Assembly (NCBI GenBank): GCA_964016885.1
Contig: OZ024743.1
Coordinates: forward strand, 2,728,001 to 2,792,000
Direction: 5' to 3'
DNA from: Eledone cirrhosa
Lineage: Eukaryota
Length of the DNA: 64,000 bases
The notes below the pieces were generated by a model. It made no database searches and was not told where the DNA came from. It saw only the letters and a list, made by a program, of their open reading frames with translations. Each line of letters begins with the position of its first letter. The first letter of the stretch is position 1. Of the stretch, positions 1-12,570 are shown piece after piece. The position numbers and the translations under genes were made by a program.

Positions 1-897
1 TCAATAAATGGGCAATTTTACCATGGTCAAAGTAGCCACCTGCTGGATTCTGGTTGACATCTGAAATATGAAAATACTGCTTTAGTTTGTTCAATCTGTC
101 CCTTGTAATCAATTCCCTGATCCTTGCCAATGGGAATAAAAAATACATGTTCTGATTAGGGACAAACACAACTCCCATTGCTATCTGAAATGCAATAGGC
201 CCTCATTTCTGAAGCAGTTGTTTTGCCATTTCTGATCCAGATCTTTCATTTCAGCATATTTAATTGTTTTAATTCCCTGCAAATCGAACAAATCCTTATT
301 AAATATTTGAAAGAAAAAAATCTAGTTCTTTCTTCTCGGCATCAAAAATATTTACTGGTCCAAGATTTCCTCTAAATGCATCAGCATCAACTTCAGAAAA
401 TCGATCGCTCCATTCCAACATGGATTCGCTATTATCTTCATTTTCACTTGAATTCATCGATATATCATCATGAGTCAGATTCTGACATTAAATCAATGTC
501 TGATAAATTCTGTTCATTATCAATAAAAGAATCATATTTCTTTTGCGTCAACTAAATCAGTTTTAGTAAAGCCTTTGAAAAAAGTTTCATTTTCACTTTC
601 TGACACTATATTTGTTGTTATAAATTATCCTTATTAAAACGTGCCACTCTCTCTCTCTCAAAAAGGGGGCAATTAATTACAATGTGCTGTTATATTAAAA
701 AATGATTTATAAAACACTCCCTTATTGATTTAAACTAAAAATAGTTTCCTAATCCAATCACAGTATTTTACATCAGATCACAACTGTAGTTGTGGTTTGA
801 CTAGGAATGTGAAATGTAAACAAATGACTTATGGATTGCTTCAATTTTCATTGACCTTTTAATGTCAAGACTACAGTTGTAGTTAAGAAGCAAGGGG
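1..897 (-). mobile_element. piggyBac-like DNA transposon: left end plus degraded N-terminal transposase (PGBD4-like); runs off the window
   Basis: Minus-strand fragments read SESENETFFKGFT, LEWSDRFSEVDADAFRGNLGPVNIFDAEKKELDFF, TTASEMRAY, IAMGVVFVPNQNMYF and LITRDRLNKLKQYFHISD, with frameshifts. The terminus AAGCAAGGGG is followed by TTAA (898-901), i.e. a TTAA|CCC piggyBac end. Confidence 0.75.
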
Positions 898-3047
898 TTA
901 AAAGCAACAAAAAAATATACAGCACCAAACTAGTTTCTTCTATTAATCTTTTGATGAAGGGATTTCATCCTGAAATATAACTGAAATGTAAAATCTGTAA
1001 AACCTATACTGAATGTAAAATCTGTAACTAAATGCTGCAATGCATTTTGTCCAACACTACCAATTCTGCTAATCCACCACCCTTTCAACACTCTAATCAT
1101 ATTAACCATAATCTTTTTATAAAATGAAATCGCAACAAAAAACACACTCGACAAACAGTTTTGTTACAATTTGGTGACAAAACTGAATATTACTTATTCT
1201 CTTTGATAAATAACAGGTAGTGTACTAATATGAATATTATTCATACTAGTATTGTACTAGTATTAATAATATTCCCTTTGTTAATCAACAGGTTATGTAC
1301 TAGTACTGATAATTGAAGTATAACATAATCATCATTTCTATGCTGGTGTGAGTTGAACAAGTCTGCCATACAGCAGATCACGGTTAATCTCAAACTCTTG
1401 TCTCATCATTATATATGGCTAAATATTATCAGATCTTGCCACAAATCAGTTATCATATTTCTAATGAAATACATTGCCTATGATTTTCAAATCATTTTGA
1501 AAATAATCAAGAATTTGAAAGGGTTTAGTAATGTAACTAATTTTCTCCTTATTAAGCTGATGTTTGTCATGACTTTACCCTTTTGTTGCCATATTTATAA
1601 TGAAACACACTGCCTATATTTGATTAATTTTTCAAATAACCAAGAATTTGGAAAGATTTAGTAATCTAATTTTCTCATTCTTAATCTGGTGTTTAGAACA
1701 TAAAGGTTCTTAATAAAATTGTGTTTGGAAAGATTTTAGGTGCATGTAAACACTTTAAAATAAACAGCTTTGTATCACAGGTCCAGTAGCAGTTTCAAGC
1801 GGTTTGGTATCAAAAGGGTTATGTATTCCATATTCATTTTACTGCATTCGATAGATTACAGCTGTAATGTTGTTTAACATCTTCAGTATTTAGCCCAATG
1901 TAGTTAACCCTACACTTGTTAAAATATTCTCATGAAATACTTGACATTTATCTTTCAAAAGGAAATCTGCTTATGGAGTAATTAATTCTCAACATCCTGT
2001 AATGTTTTAGGAAATGTCTAAATATGGGTTTGTTAATCAGAATGTTTATAGTATCTTTACTAGTGGACAGACCTTTGTGAAAATTTGCAGTATTAGAGTA
2101 AAGGCTTTCATTTTCAATGTGATGCTGTTGTAGCACTGTTTTCTACTTTTCAAGAATGTCTTGCTAATGTGGTTTCATGTGGTACAGGACATTGAGTTAA
2201 AATAGGTGATTTTTGTTTCATAGAACCAGATTTGGTTTTGACTGGATTGGTATCAAAAGTTAACACCATCATGTGACAGTTGTCTTCAGCAGAGTTCATC
2301 ACTCTGTAGCAAGTATTCAGAGTAGGTCCCTTGTCTTGTAGAGAGAAAGAGAAAGAATTAAGCCCAGTACTGGACTGACTGGTAATTTAACGACCTTGAA
2401 AGGACAAAAGACAAAGTCAACCTCAGTGGGATTTGAACTCAGAGTTCAGTGAACCAGGACAAATACCAATGCATTTAATCAAACACTCTAACGACTCTGC
2501 CCATTCAACACCTTTTCTTGCATTTCTCAACCTGAACCACTCATAGAATTCCAGAAATGCTTCATTTGGCCATAAATCTGTTCTTTCTGAGGCAGTCATC
2601 ATCATTTTATGTCCTCCTTACATGTTGGCATGGGTTAGAAGAGTTGGCACAGTTCAAGACCAGACAGGTCAGGGTGACCTCATCTTGCTCTTACATTCCA
2701 TATTTGGCATGATTTCTATGGCTGAGTGTCCTTCCTAGCACCAACCACCTTGCAGAGTATATCAAGTACGTTTTTTTTTGTGGTGTCGGTACTACCATTT
2801 TGCAGAGTATAGAATGTTATCATAGCACCAATACTACCACATTATAGAGTGTACTGGGTGTATTTTTCATGACATCATCACTACCACTTTAGAGAGTAGA
2901 CTGTGTACATTTTTATAATGGCACCATGACCTACATGTTTATAATGTGGTGTATTTTACCAAAACCACATTAAAAATAAGTTGTATTTATCAGGTTTAGG
3001 AAGCTCAGTCGCAGAAAATAATTACAGTTGCAATTAGTTGCTATAAA

Positions 3048-3397
3048 ATCATTTCATCATTTCATCATTTTCATTTTACGTCCGCTTTTTCCCTGATTGC
3101 AAGGGTGGGACGGGAACTGATTCTGGCTTGATTTCTACAGCTGGATGCTGTTCCGTACACCAACCTCATTTACAGTGAGTGCTGGGTGCTTTTTTACCGT
3201 GGCACCTCCACGACCACTTTGCAGTGGAATGATAGGGACCCCAGTCCCTCTCATCTCATTTCTACAGCTGAGTAAACTGGAGCAATGTGAAATAAAGTGT
3301 CTTGCTCAAGGAAACAACACATCACCCAGTCTGAGAATTGAACTCACAACCTTTCGATTGCAAGGCCAATGCTCTAACCACTAAGCCATGTGCCTCC
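3048..3397 (-). mobile_element. tRNA-derived CORE-like SINE (family A) with RTE-type (TGA)n tail
   Basis: A-box TGGCTTAGTGG, B-box GAGTTCAATTC, CORE-like block CCTTGAGCAAGACACTTTATTTC...CAGCTGTAGAAATG. Near-identical to copies at 8979, 21414, 30839 and 38518. Confidence 0.85.
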
Positions 3398-4860
3398 ACA
3401 TAAATAGCTTATAAAAATTGGGTTAAGACCCTTTGAACTTTGTAGCAGCCACTGGCAACATTGTTCTGTCTCTAAGGGTATTTTCCCTATTTTTATAAGA
3501 TATGTTATAGCAATTGACTGTATTTGTTGATATTTGCTGTGGTTGTGCTTAGTAAGTTCGAAAATTCGAGCTTCACACATGACATTTGTCTAATAGTTGT
3601 GTTTTTTTTTAAATTTATTTATTCCTCCTTTAGGCTGACTAACATAGCAATTTTCCAATAGATTAAATGAAACCTATAATGCATAAATTACTATGATATT
3701 TTAATAAGGTGTCTTGTTTTTATACACCACTATGTAAATACTCTATTCTCATTTTTTCTAGCTGAATGGACTGGAGTAATGAGCCAGTGTTGGGTGGGTC
3801 GATATCAAACTGGTGAACTTATGATTGTATTGCTAATGAAATACTCTCTATTTCAATTAATTAATGAAGAATGTTTAGAGATTTACTAAGGCTATTATTT
3901 CATCACTAAGATAGTGACTTAACATATGGTTGGAAATTATGTTGGAAGATTTAAATGGAGACCCATTAAAATAGGTGGCTTTGTTTTATAGAACCAATTA
4001 ACTAATCATTACTACTCACCTAACCACCTTTTTCTTTTACATTAATAAACTCTCTAGTATCGGTGACATGATAAAACATGCTCACTACATTCTGTAGAGT
4101 GGTTGGTGGTAGGAAGGACATTTGGTTGTAAAAAAAACTTTCCTAAAGGGTAGAGAGAGATCTTCAGTTGTGCTAAAGACATAACAACCCCCTAGTGCTG
4201 ATGCTATGATAAAATGCACTAAGTACACTTTGTATAGTGCAAGGTCAATGGCTTGTGACAACCTGTTCAACCATTGCTAGCTGGGAAAACATGTTAAATG
4301 ATGATGGATGTTACAACTAAATAGCCCTGTGATACAATGTATCACTATTACTCTCAATCATTGTCATCTTATCTGTAAAGCTCAACATTCCTTTCAATTA
4401 TGTGTCATCTTATCTTTGGATCTCAACATTACTTTCAATAGAGAACTTGTCAGACATGGTAACCTCTCTAGTACTTGGTGCAGAATATAATGCAGCCAGA
4501 GTAATTTAATTTATGGTTCTTAGATAAAATTATGTTGCATGATTTAAATTTAAATAGGAACCCTTTAAAATTGGTGGTTTTATTTTATAGAACCAGAGCT
4601 GTTATTGGTTAGGTTGGTATTAAAATAGTTAAATAGATATCTATATAGAAACAATAGATTTCACTGAAGCCACGTAAATGGGTAAACAGAAAAAATAAAC
4701 AAGTAAAAATGTTTAGCTTCAACTTGATTTTTGTCTCTCCACTCATCTTTTCTACAGTTGTAAGTTTGTTATATATTAACATCACAACCAGTTGGTATAT
4801 ATTACTAACATCATCACCAGTTATTAGGTAGTTATATATTACTAACCTCACCCGTTGTTA

Positions 4861-5502
4861 GGTATATACTCGAATATAAGCCGACTCCACTATTTTACAT
4901 ATGAGAAATGGACAAAAATCCAGACACCGTTTATAAGCCGAGGCAGCTAATCAACATATTATGGCACAGTTTTGAAATTCTCATGGGTGGAGAAAATGTT
5001 TACGAAGTTTGAATATTTTGATATTCAAAATGTTTTGTGTGTCGTTTAGAGTATAGTTTTTGTTTCGCAAATTCACTACGTAATGACTTTAGAAAGGGGA
5101 GGAAGAGACAGAGAGAGGGGGGGGGGGGCGAAATAAAATACAAGATTGAAAGAAAAAGTATAACTATGTAAGTCACATATGCGTGTGTGTGTGTGTGCAT
5201 TTATGTGTAGTGGATATTTGTGTATTAAAAAGTTGAATTAATAAAACTTTGTGGAAATGTCCTCAAGGCAATGCATAAATAAAACTCCTGGTGATATAGT
5301 AGGAAATGCAGAAAAACAGTATTCCATTGTAAAATAATCACTCCTGATATTTTAGCACCTTATTTACCTAGAATTTGAACTTGGTGAAAATCGTCAAAAG
5401 ACTGATCCCAGGTATAAATGCGCCTCCCCCCCTCCTTCCCTCCCATATTTACCATTGGTGTTTTGGTCACATATTCCTCAGCATATATTCGAGTATATAT
5501 GG
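4861..5502. mobile_element. Tc2/pogo-like non-autonomous DNA transposon (MITE)
   Basis: Terminal inverted repeats GTATATACTCGAATATAAGC / GCATATATTCGAGTATATAT; inserted within a ~30-bp minisatellite. Confidence 0.55.
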
Positions 5503-5549
5503 TATATATTACGGTATATATTACTAACATCATCACCAGTTGTTAAGTT

Positions 5550-7840
5550 TGAGTGTCGGCTGAAAAGTTCATAGGCTGGCCAAGATACTCTCAGGAAATG
5601 TGACAAAATGTTTATTTTTCAAGATAGTCCTCCTTGCAGTCCACTCACTCCTTCCATCGGTGTTGCAGTGCTTGGATCCTATACCTGTTGGTAAAAAAAG
5701 TCATCACTAACAGATATGAAGTCATTATTACTGCAATACTGGTTCCTAGCCAAGTAATTTTTCATTTTGGGGAACAAATGATTACCAGATGGGGCCAAAT
5801 CAGGAGAATACTGAGGGAAATCAACCAGTTCAAAGCTATAGTCATGCACAGAAACCATTGAAATCAAGGACTTGTGTGCTGGAGCACTGTCTTGATGAAA
5901 CAAGACCCATTCCATCGGTTTTCCTGGGCATTTGGTCTTTGTGGCCTTTTGTAATTACCTCAGCAGGTTGGCATAGTACTCTCCATTGATGGTGTGGCCC
6001 TTTTGAAGATAGTCAATAAACACAATGCCTTTTGCATCCCAAAAAAACTGAGGCCATCACCTTCCCTGCAGATGAAACGACTTTGGCTTTCTCATTCTCT
6101 CTGTTGCACCCATCACCCATCATGGGTTAGGAAACGTTCAATGAATCCAGTTAGATTTGCCTCAATGTGAGTTTTCCCTGTGATGTGATCAGCCTGGTGT
6201 GCTTTTGATCAAGTGGCAGAAACCTTCTTCATGCCAAGTTTATTGTGCAAAATATTCCCAAATCTCTCATGGGAAATTCTAATAGCATTCTTCTTCTTTG
6301 GCCACTTATTTCTGAGAGAGTCATGGGGGAAGACTCCTCAAACACTTTTTTCAGCGAGTCCTGTCAGAAGCATCAATCTCCAACTGATCCAGATAGATCC
6401 CAAGTGAGACCAGCCAAGCTCATGGATGCTATCCAACCATATTGCTCTGGGTCTCTCCTGCCAGTTGGTTTTGCCCGTAAAATCTGTCCAGCAATTCTTT
6501 CCTGAGACATTCAAACCACATGCCCAGAGTATCGGAGCTGTGATCTCCGAGTCAAAGGATCTTTGGAGTAACATTACTCAATAGAGTAATGTTACTCCAA
6601 AGATTCTTTGGAGGAACCCCATTTCGATCACTTGTATTCGCGATGATATTCTTTCAGTCAGTACCCAAGATTCATGATGATAGGTAAGGGTTGGCACAAA
6701 TATCAAATTGAAGATTACGAGTTTGGCTTTTACACCTACCTCTTCCTTCTGATTACTGAATGCTAATGCTAGCACATTACTGCGCCAGCTCCTGCAGTTC
6801 TTGCACTTAGTTCAGCCTCCTGCCTTCCATCACTCGTGAACACGGCCCCAAGATACTTGAACTTCTCCACTTGCTTTAGTGGAGCTGCACATGTAGAGTG
6901 CACTGCGCAAGCTTCCTTGAGAGGACTAGTGTCTCAGTTTTCACAGCACTGATTTTCATTCCAGCCATGCAGCACACAGCATCAAACCTATCAAGTGCAA
7001 GTTGGAGATCTCCTTCTGTTGAGTTAAGTAACACCATGTCAGCTGCAAATTCCGGCCGACTTATTTTACACCAACCGAGCTGCACATGTCAATCCTGTTC
7101 AAAATAATGAACAGGAGAGGTGACAACATGCATCCTTGGCAGAGTCCAACTCCCACATTGAATGGTTTTGATTTAGCACCATTTATCTGAACACAAAAAC
7201 ATAGACATCATAGCAACAAGAAGCCGACCATCGATCCTATACTCCTGCAGAACCTTCCACAGCACGTCCTGAGAAATGTGGTCATATGCCTTTTCAAAAC
7301 AAGAATATATCTTTGGCAATACTTCCACAATTTAGTCGTATGTGCTACATCCTGAGCAAAAACCGCACAATTCATCAGCATTGACTATTTGATTTATAAT
7401 CAATCACCTATCATCCATCATCATGTAGTGAACACGATCAATGTTTTTCTTGGTGGTAGCAGTTGTAGGACGTCCAGACCTTGGGTCATATTCAAGACTC
7501 TCCCTTCCTCTCCTAAATTCAGCTGCCCACTTTTGTACTGTTAATAAAGCTGAAGCGTCATCCCCTAATGTAGCAACCATGTCAGCATGAATGTCTTTGA
7601 TGGCTAAACCCTTTTTCTGCAGGTACTTGATAACACCACAATGCCAAATTTTTATCCATTTCAAGAGTAGTCGCTACTAGTTACTTTTGAAGTTTTCTTT
7701 GAACAGTCAGATGTCAGTTTACCCGGAGAGAAACAATGCAAGTTATTAATCGGAACAGTTAAAATTAATGCATGCAAGATTTCACAGCTCTAGCATCACT
7801 CCTTCATAGTCAGCCTATAAACTTTTCAGCCCATCATCAT
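5550..7840 (-). mobile_element. mariner (Tc1/mariner) element with a degraded transposase, interrupted by an RTE LINE
   Basis: TIRs GGCTGAAAAGTTCATAGGCTG / CAGCCTATAAACTTTTCAGCC. N-terminal HTH (WAAEFRRGRESLEYDPRSGRP), GKVMASVFWDAKGIVFIDYLQKG, FHQDSAPAH and YSPDLAPS motifs. Confidence 0.9.
6290..7376 (-). mobile_element. 5'-truncated RTE-clade LINE (family 1, GAA tail) inserted in the mariner
   Basis: RT and C-terminal fragments (EFAADMVLL, GMKISAVKTETLVLSRK, FVPTLTY..ESWVLTE); (GAA)n tail; 6-bp TSD AGCATT at 6284-6289 and 7377-7382. Confidence 0.85.
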
Positions 7841-7849
7841 GGTTAATTA

Positions 7850-8120
7850 TATATTACTAACATCACCACCAGTTGTTAGGTTATTATATATTACTAACAT
7901 CACCACCAGTTGTTAGGTTATTATATATTACTAACATCACCACCAGTTGTTAGGTTTTTATATATTACTAACATCACCAGTTGTTAGGTTATTATATATT
8001 ACTAACATCACCAGTTGTTAGGTTTTTATATATTACTAACATCACCACCAGTTGTTAGGTTTTTATATATTACTAACATCACCACCAGTTGTTAGGTATG
8101 TTATTATATATTACTAATCA
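7850..8120. repeat. minisatellite, ~30-33 bp unit (TATATATTACTAACATCACC(ACC)AGTTGTTAGGT), ~8 copies
   Basis: Units read directly; the same unit occurs at 4770-4862 and 5515-5548. Confidence 0.9.
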
Positions 8121-8184
8121 CAACGTAAACAAGATTCTTTAAGTAACGAAGAATTCTTAAGTTCTGAACCATCATAAATGTTAC

Positions 8185-8420
8185 CTAAATTCTATTTTTA
8201 ATTAGACTTTTAACCGTCTTACGTGTTATCTAAATACTATTTTTAATTGGACTTTTAACCGTCTTACGTGTTATCTAAATACTATTTTTAATTAGACTTT
8301 TAACCGTCTTACGTGTTATCTAAATACTATTTTTAATTGGACTTTTAACCATCTTACATGTTATCTAAATGCTATTTTTAATTAATAAGACATTCTTAAA
8401 CGTTATCTAAATTTTATTTT
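8185..8420. repeat. minisatellite, 45-bp unit (ATCTAAATACTATTTTTAATTRGACTTTTAACCGTCTTACGTGTT), ~4-5 copies
   Basis: Units read directly. Confidence 0.9.
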
Positions 8421-8978
8421 TATTGACTTAGTGCTGCTATCACTATAAAATGGAGGTTGGTGTTAGGAAAGGCATTTAGCCATAGTTCTTCACACATCCA
8501 TGGATTCAAAACTTTTGACACATCATAAATGTCGTTTCCTGACTTTACTGGGATTTTCAGGTCTTTCAACATATGCCCTCATCTAGGTGACCCAACCAAA
8601 ATTGATCTAGCCTTAATCTGTATCCAAGTGGCACATATATTACTGATCCCCACCAATCACTTCTTTTCAGTCATAGCCATCTAGATGCCCTCTTTGCTGC
8701 TTCCATGTTGTTTTTGATGACTCACCTTCAGCTTGCTGGTGCTATGATAAAAAACACTCAGTCTGCTCTGTAAAGTGGTAGTGCTTCTCTCACTATAAAA
8801 AGCTTCCAATTCACTATATAAGGTGGTAGTGCTAGTACAATGATAAAATGCTACCAGTCTATGCTTGTAAAGCGGTTGACCATAAAAACCATGAAAAAAT
8901 GGAACATGTGTAGCTTCAGCAAGTGACAACTTGTCTAACCCATGCCAGCATAGAAAATAGACATTAAATGGTGATAAT

Positions 8979-9320
8979 GGAGGCACATGGCTTAGTGGTT
9001 AGAGCATTGGCCTTGCAATCGAAAGGTTGTGAGTTCAATTCTCAGACCAGGTGATGTGTTGTTTCCTTGAGCAAGACACTTTATTTCACATTTCTCCAGT
9101 TTACTCAGCTGTAGAAATGAGATGATAGGGACTGGGGTCCAAATCATTCCTCTGCAAAGTGGTTGTGTAGGTGCCACGTCAAAAAAGCACCCAGCACTCA
9201 CTGTAAATGAGATTGGTGTTAGGAAGGGCATCCAGCTGTAGAAATCAAGCCAGAATCAGTTCCCGTCCCACCCTTGCAAGCAGGGAAAAAGCAGACGTAA
9301 AATGAAATGATGATGATGAT
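8979..9320 (+). mobile_element. family A CORE-like SINE, full length
   Basis: GGAGGCACATGGCTTAGTGG head, B-box, 3' stem-loop CCCTTGCAAGCAGGG and (TGA)n tail. Confidence 0.85.
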
Positions 9321-9654
9321 TTTAGCTTGCTGTCATATACAATGAGGGTAATGTGCAATTGATAAGTATTTTGTTTGTTTACTGTGACAAACTCAAAGTT
9401 CTCACATTAACATAACTTATTGTGGCACTCTATTGAAAAAACTACAATAAATCAACTGATTAGGAAAACTTGTGCAGTTGACTTTTTATCACATTTGTTC
9501 TACATGTGCCTGTGTATGCTTGCAAAAACAACTATCTGCTAGGTAACTAATAAATGTATGTTCTAAAATATATTACTTTTATGTTGGTTTAGTTTACTAA
9601 TATATCTAAAAACATTTGCTAACTCTTTATCTCTGGCTTATTTTTTTACTTTAA

Positions 9655-9864
9655 CCCTTTAGTATTCACATTACTCTATATATACTATTATATTTTCATG
9701 GTAAAGGCTTTACCTCGCATAATTATCTCACATAATATCGAATCTATGAGATTTTGAAAGTATTTATTTTGAAAACAATACCTTAACATCAGTTTGAGTG
9801 ACCAGTTACTGCCAGTTTCAACAGAAAGAGGTAGAGAATTCTGGCCGGTTTGAACATTAAAGGG
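9655..9864. mobile_element. piggyBac-type MITE with TTAA target duplication
   Basis: TTAA|CCCTTTAGTATTCA ... TGAACATTAAAGGG|TTAA. Related copies at 25218-25414 (inverted, also TTAA-flanked) and ~30722-31268 (split by a SINE). Confidence 0.75.
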
Positions 9865-11333
9865 TTAATAAAATAATTTTATACATTCGAAAATGACTGC
9901 TCAGTCTCAACTATAAATTTCAGTTTTAAATATTCACTGATAGCGATGACTAGTGTAAAAACAAATGTAAATCTGGCCATTATCTCTCTAAATTCATCAT
10001 CATTTAATGTCCATTTTTCCTGCTAGTAAGGGTAGGACAGGTTGCCACAGATGGAGTCAGTATTCAAGCAAAGCCACTGATCTCACAGATGGGTTTCTTC
10101 TTCTTGTGTATGAAACTTGCTGTCTCAGGTTATTATCATTCGCCTGATTGAGACCAGTGATCAGTTTCCAGGGCCCACTACAAGGAGGTCGACAACTTGG
10201 GTTCCTCAAATGGGCTGGAGGCCTGCATCTTGATTACTTATGTTCCTCACTCTACTAAGTACTCAGGCAGGCTAGGGGCCTTCTCTCACTTAGAAAATGT
10301 TCCCATACTCTATCAAATGCACTTTATCATGGCACCAGGGAGATTGTCATGCCTTAGACACAGCTGAGGAGGAGTCCTAACCCCTATGGCTGGATGCCCA
10401 TCTTATCCCTGTCCCCACCAGTCCTTCAGGCCATGCAAATGTTATGTGCCCTTCCATTTCTGATAAAGCTATAAGAAAAAAATTCTTTTAATACATCAAT
10501 GAGAGTCTATTATTAATTATGGGAAAGCATTATGCATTATTAATGTTGTCATTATATTTACGTAATAAATTTGTCTTCTTGTAACAAGGTTGCTATTCCT
10601 CAAAAAAATATTTGTAAAATTTGGCACAGAGATCCAGATCCATCTCAGAATAATCTATAAATAGACATATTTTGGTGCCCAGCCTCCCCTTGGATAGAAA
10701 AGCAAATTCAGAAAAAGAGATAGAGAAAAACTGAAAGTTCTAATGGATTGTAGGTGAGACAGTTAAAATAGAACAAAAGGATGAAACAGAACATTATTGT
10801 AGTTTTTTGTTCTAAAATAATTGTTTCTACTTTTGACACAAGGCCAGCAATTATCCCAGTGCATTACTGGGGCTTTATTTTATCAACCCCGTAAGGATGA
10901 AACGCAAAGTTAACCTCAATAGGATTTGAACTCAGACCATAAACGGTCATAACTCTTTACTGCAAAGCATGGCATCCGACCCTCTACCGAGACTGCCAAA
11001 CTCTCTCTGTGTCTTTCTTTCCCTCTCTCTCATATATATAGATATGTATATATGCATACACACATATATGCATTGCATGTTTCTATGTATGTGTGTAAAT
11101 TGTGTATTGATATGTGCATTTAGAGGTTTATGAATTCATATATGATATATGCATATAAGTCTTTCGTTGTATTCATGAGCATATGTGTGTTTGTATGTGT
11201 CCCCAAGACTGTTTGTTAATCAGTATATATGTAAAGAACTTCATAGAAGCTATCTATAAATCATTTAAATTTAACAAAATCCGTGTTTTTCCTTTGTATT
11301 CACGGTTTAGGCAACGCCAGGTACCTCTACTAC

Positions 11334-11365
<32 letters not shown>

Positions 11366-12052
11366 CTCTGTCTCTCGTGTCAAATGTGAAAATGTTTATA
11401 TGTAAAAGCTATATTTATTATGTTCATATACACTAAGCGTGCTTCTGGAATTTTTTAAAACATTCTGATCTTCAATTTTGGGGATTTTGCTTTGGAAGTA
11501 AAACTATATTTTCTTTTTCAGAAAATATAGTTTTATGTGGGAAGTAATTGTATTTCAGAAAAATTTAAATATTTTTTCTCACTGGAAGTCAGCTGAGCGA
11601 AGATGGCCTGAAAACGTTGTTGTTGTGTTGTACTGTAAGTTGGCTAACCCATATAAAAACATTCATCCTTTTTATTAAAATAAAACAAAGTAGGTAACCT
11701 TACACCAAGTTTCTTTTTACTTTTAATGTAACACAACAGAATACATTTCTATATATTGGCAACAAAATATATTCATGAGAGATTCACTACAGAGTTTTTA
11801 AGTTTTTCAAAATATAAATTCTTGTAAGTTACATTATCACGTAAATATTCCCTTGATAAGAAAACGTTGAACATCTTTCTAGTGAGCCTATCCAAGCTGA
11901 TACAACTGAAGCCTCTCAATAATAATTTGTATTTCAATTAAAAATTAACAAAGAAATGTTTTATCTAAATTTCAGCTATTCTTTCATCAAAATTCATGTT
12001 TAGAGTAAAAAAAAAATGTGTTAACTATTTTTGTTCAAAAGCAAAATCTTAT

Positions 12053-12570
12053 TTAACTGACCTTTTTGTTACCATATTTCTAATGAAAGACACTGCCTAT
12101 GCCATTAACCCTATCGTTACTATATTTCCAGATATAGACACTTCTTATGTCATTAATTCTTTTGTTACCATATGTATATGAACATAATAATGTCATTAAC
12201 CTTTTTGTTGCCATATTTCTATTGAGAGACACTGACCATGTCATTAACCCTTTCATTACCATATTTTTAATGAAAGACGCTGCCAACATCTTTAACACTT
12301 TCGTACCATATTTATCATTAAAAACACTGCCTGTGTCATTAACTTTTTCATTGCTATTTTTCTAATGAAACACTCTGTTTATGATTTTCAAATAATTTTG
12401 AAAATAATCGAGAATTTGGAGAGATTTAGTAAAATAGCTTTCTCATTATTAAGCTGAAGTTTGGAATATAACTTAACAAATGTTCTTACATAAAAATGTT
12501 GGAAGGTTTTTAGATTTTAAAACAGTTTTGTAATGTATAACCAATGCAGTTTGGTATCAAAGGAGTTACT
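12053..12570 (+). mobile_element. piggyBac-type MITE whose 5' ~48 bp is tandemly amplified about 7 times
   Basis: Units approximate TTAACCCTTTTGTTACCATATTTCTAATGAAAGACACTGCCTATGTCA. The body and the GGTATCAAAGG end match the single-unit copy at ~1575-1822. Confidence 0.65.

Noticed and set aside
3145-3384. Recurrent ~79-aa ORF (MPFLTPTSFTVSAGCFF...QGQCSNH) in several places
   Set aside because: It is the antisense reading of SINE family A, not a gene family.
7850-8420. CRISPR-like look of short regular repeats (also 12053-12380, 27730-27940, 30425-30580, 37519-37760)
   Set aside because: The units are contiguous tandem copies with no unique spacers, the context is eukaryotic and there are no cas genes.
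10698-10753. Possible extra exon KSKFRKRDREKLKVLMDC with an AG|GTGAGA donor
   Set aside because: The acceptor is weak and the phase-2 end does not fit the phase-0 start of exon 18851; no linking exon was found.
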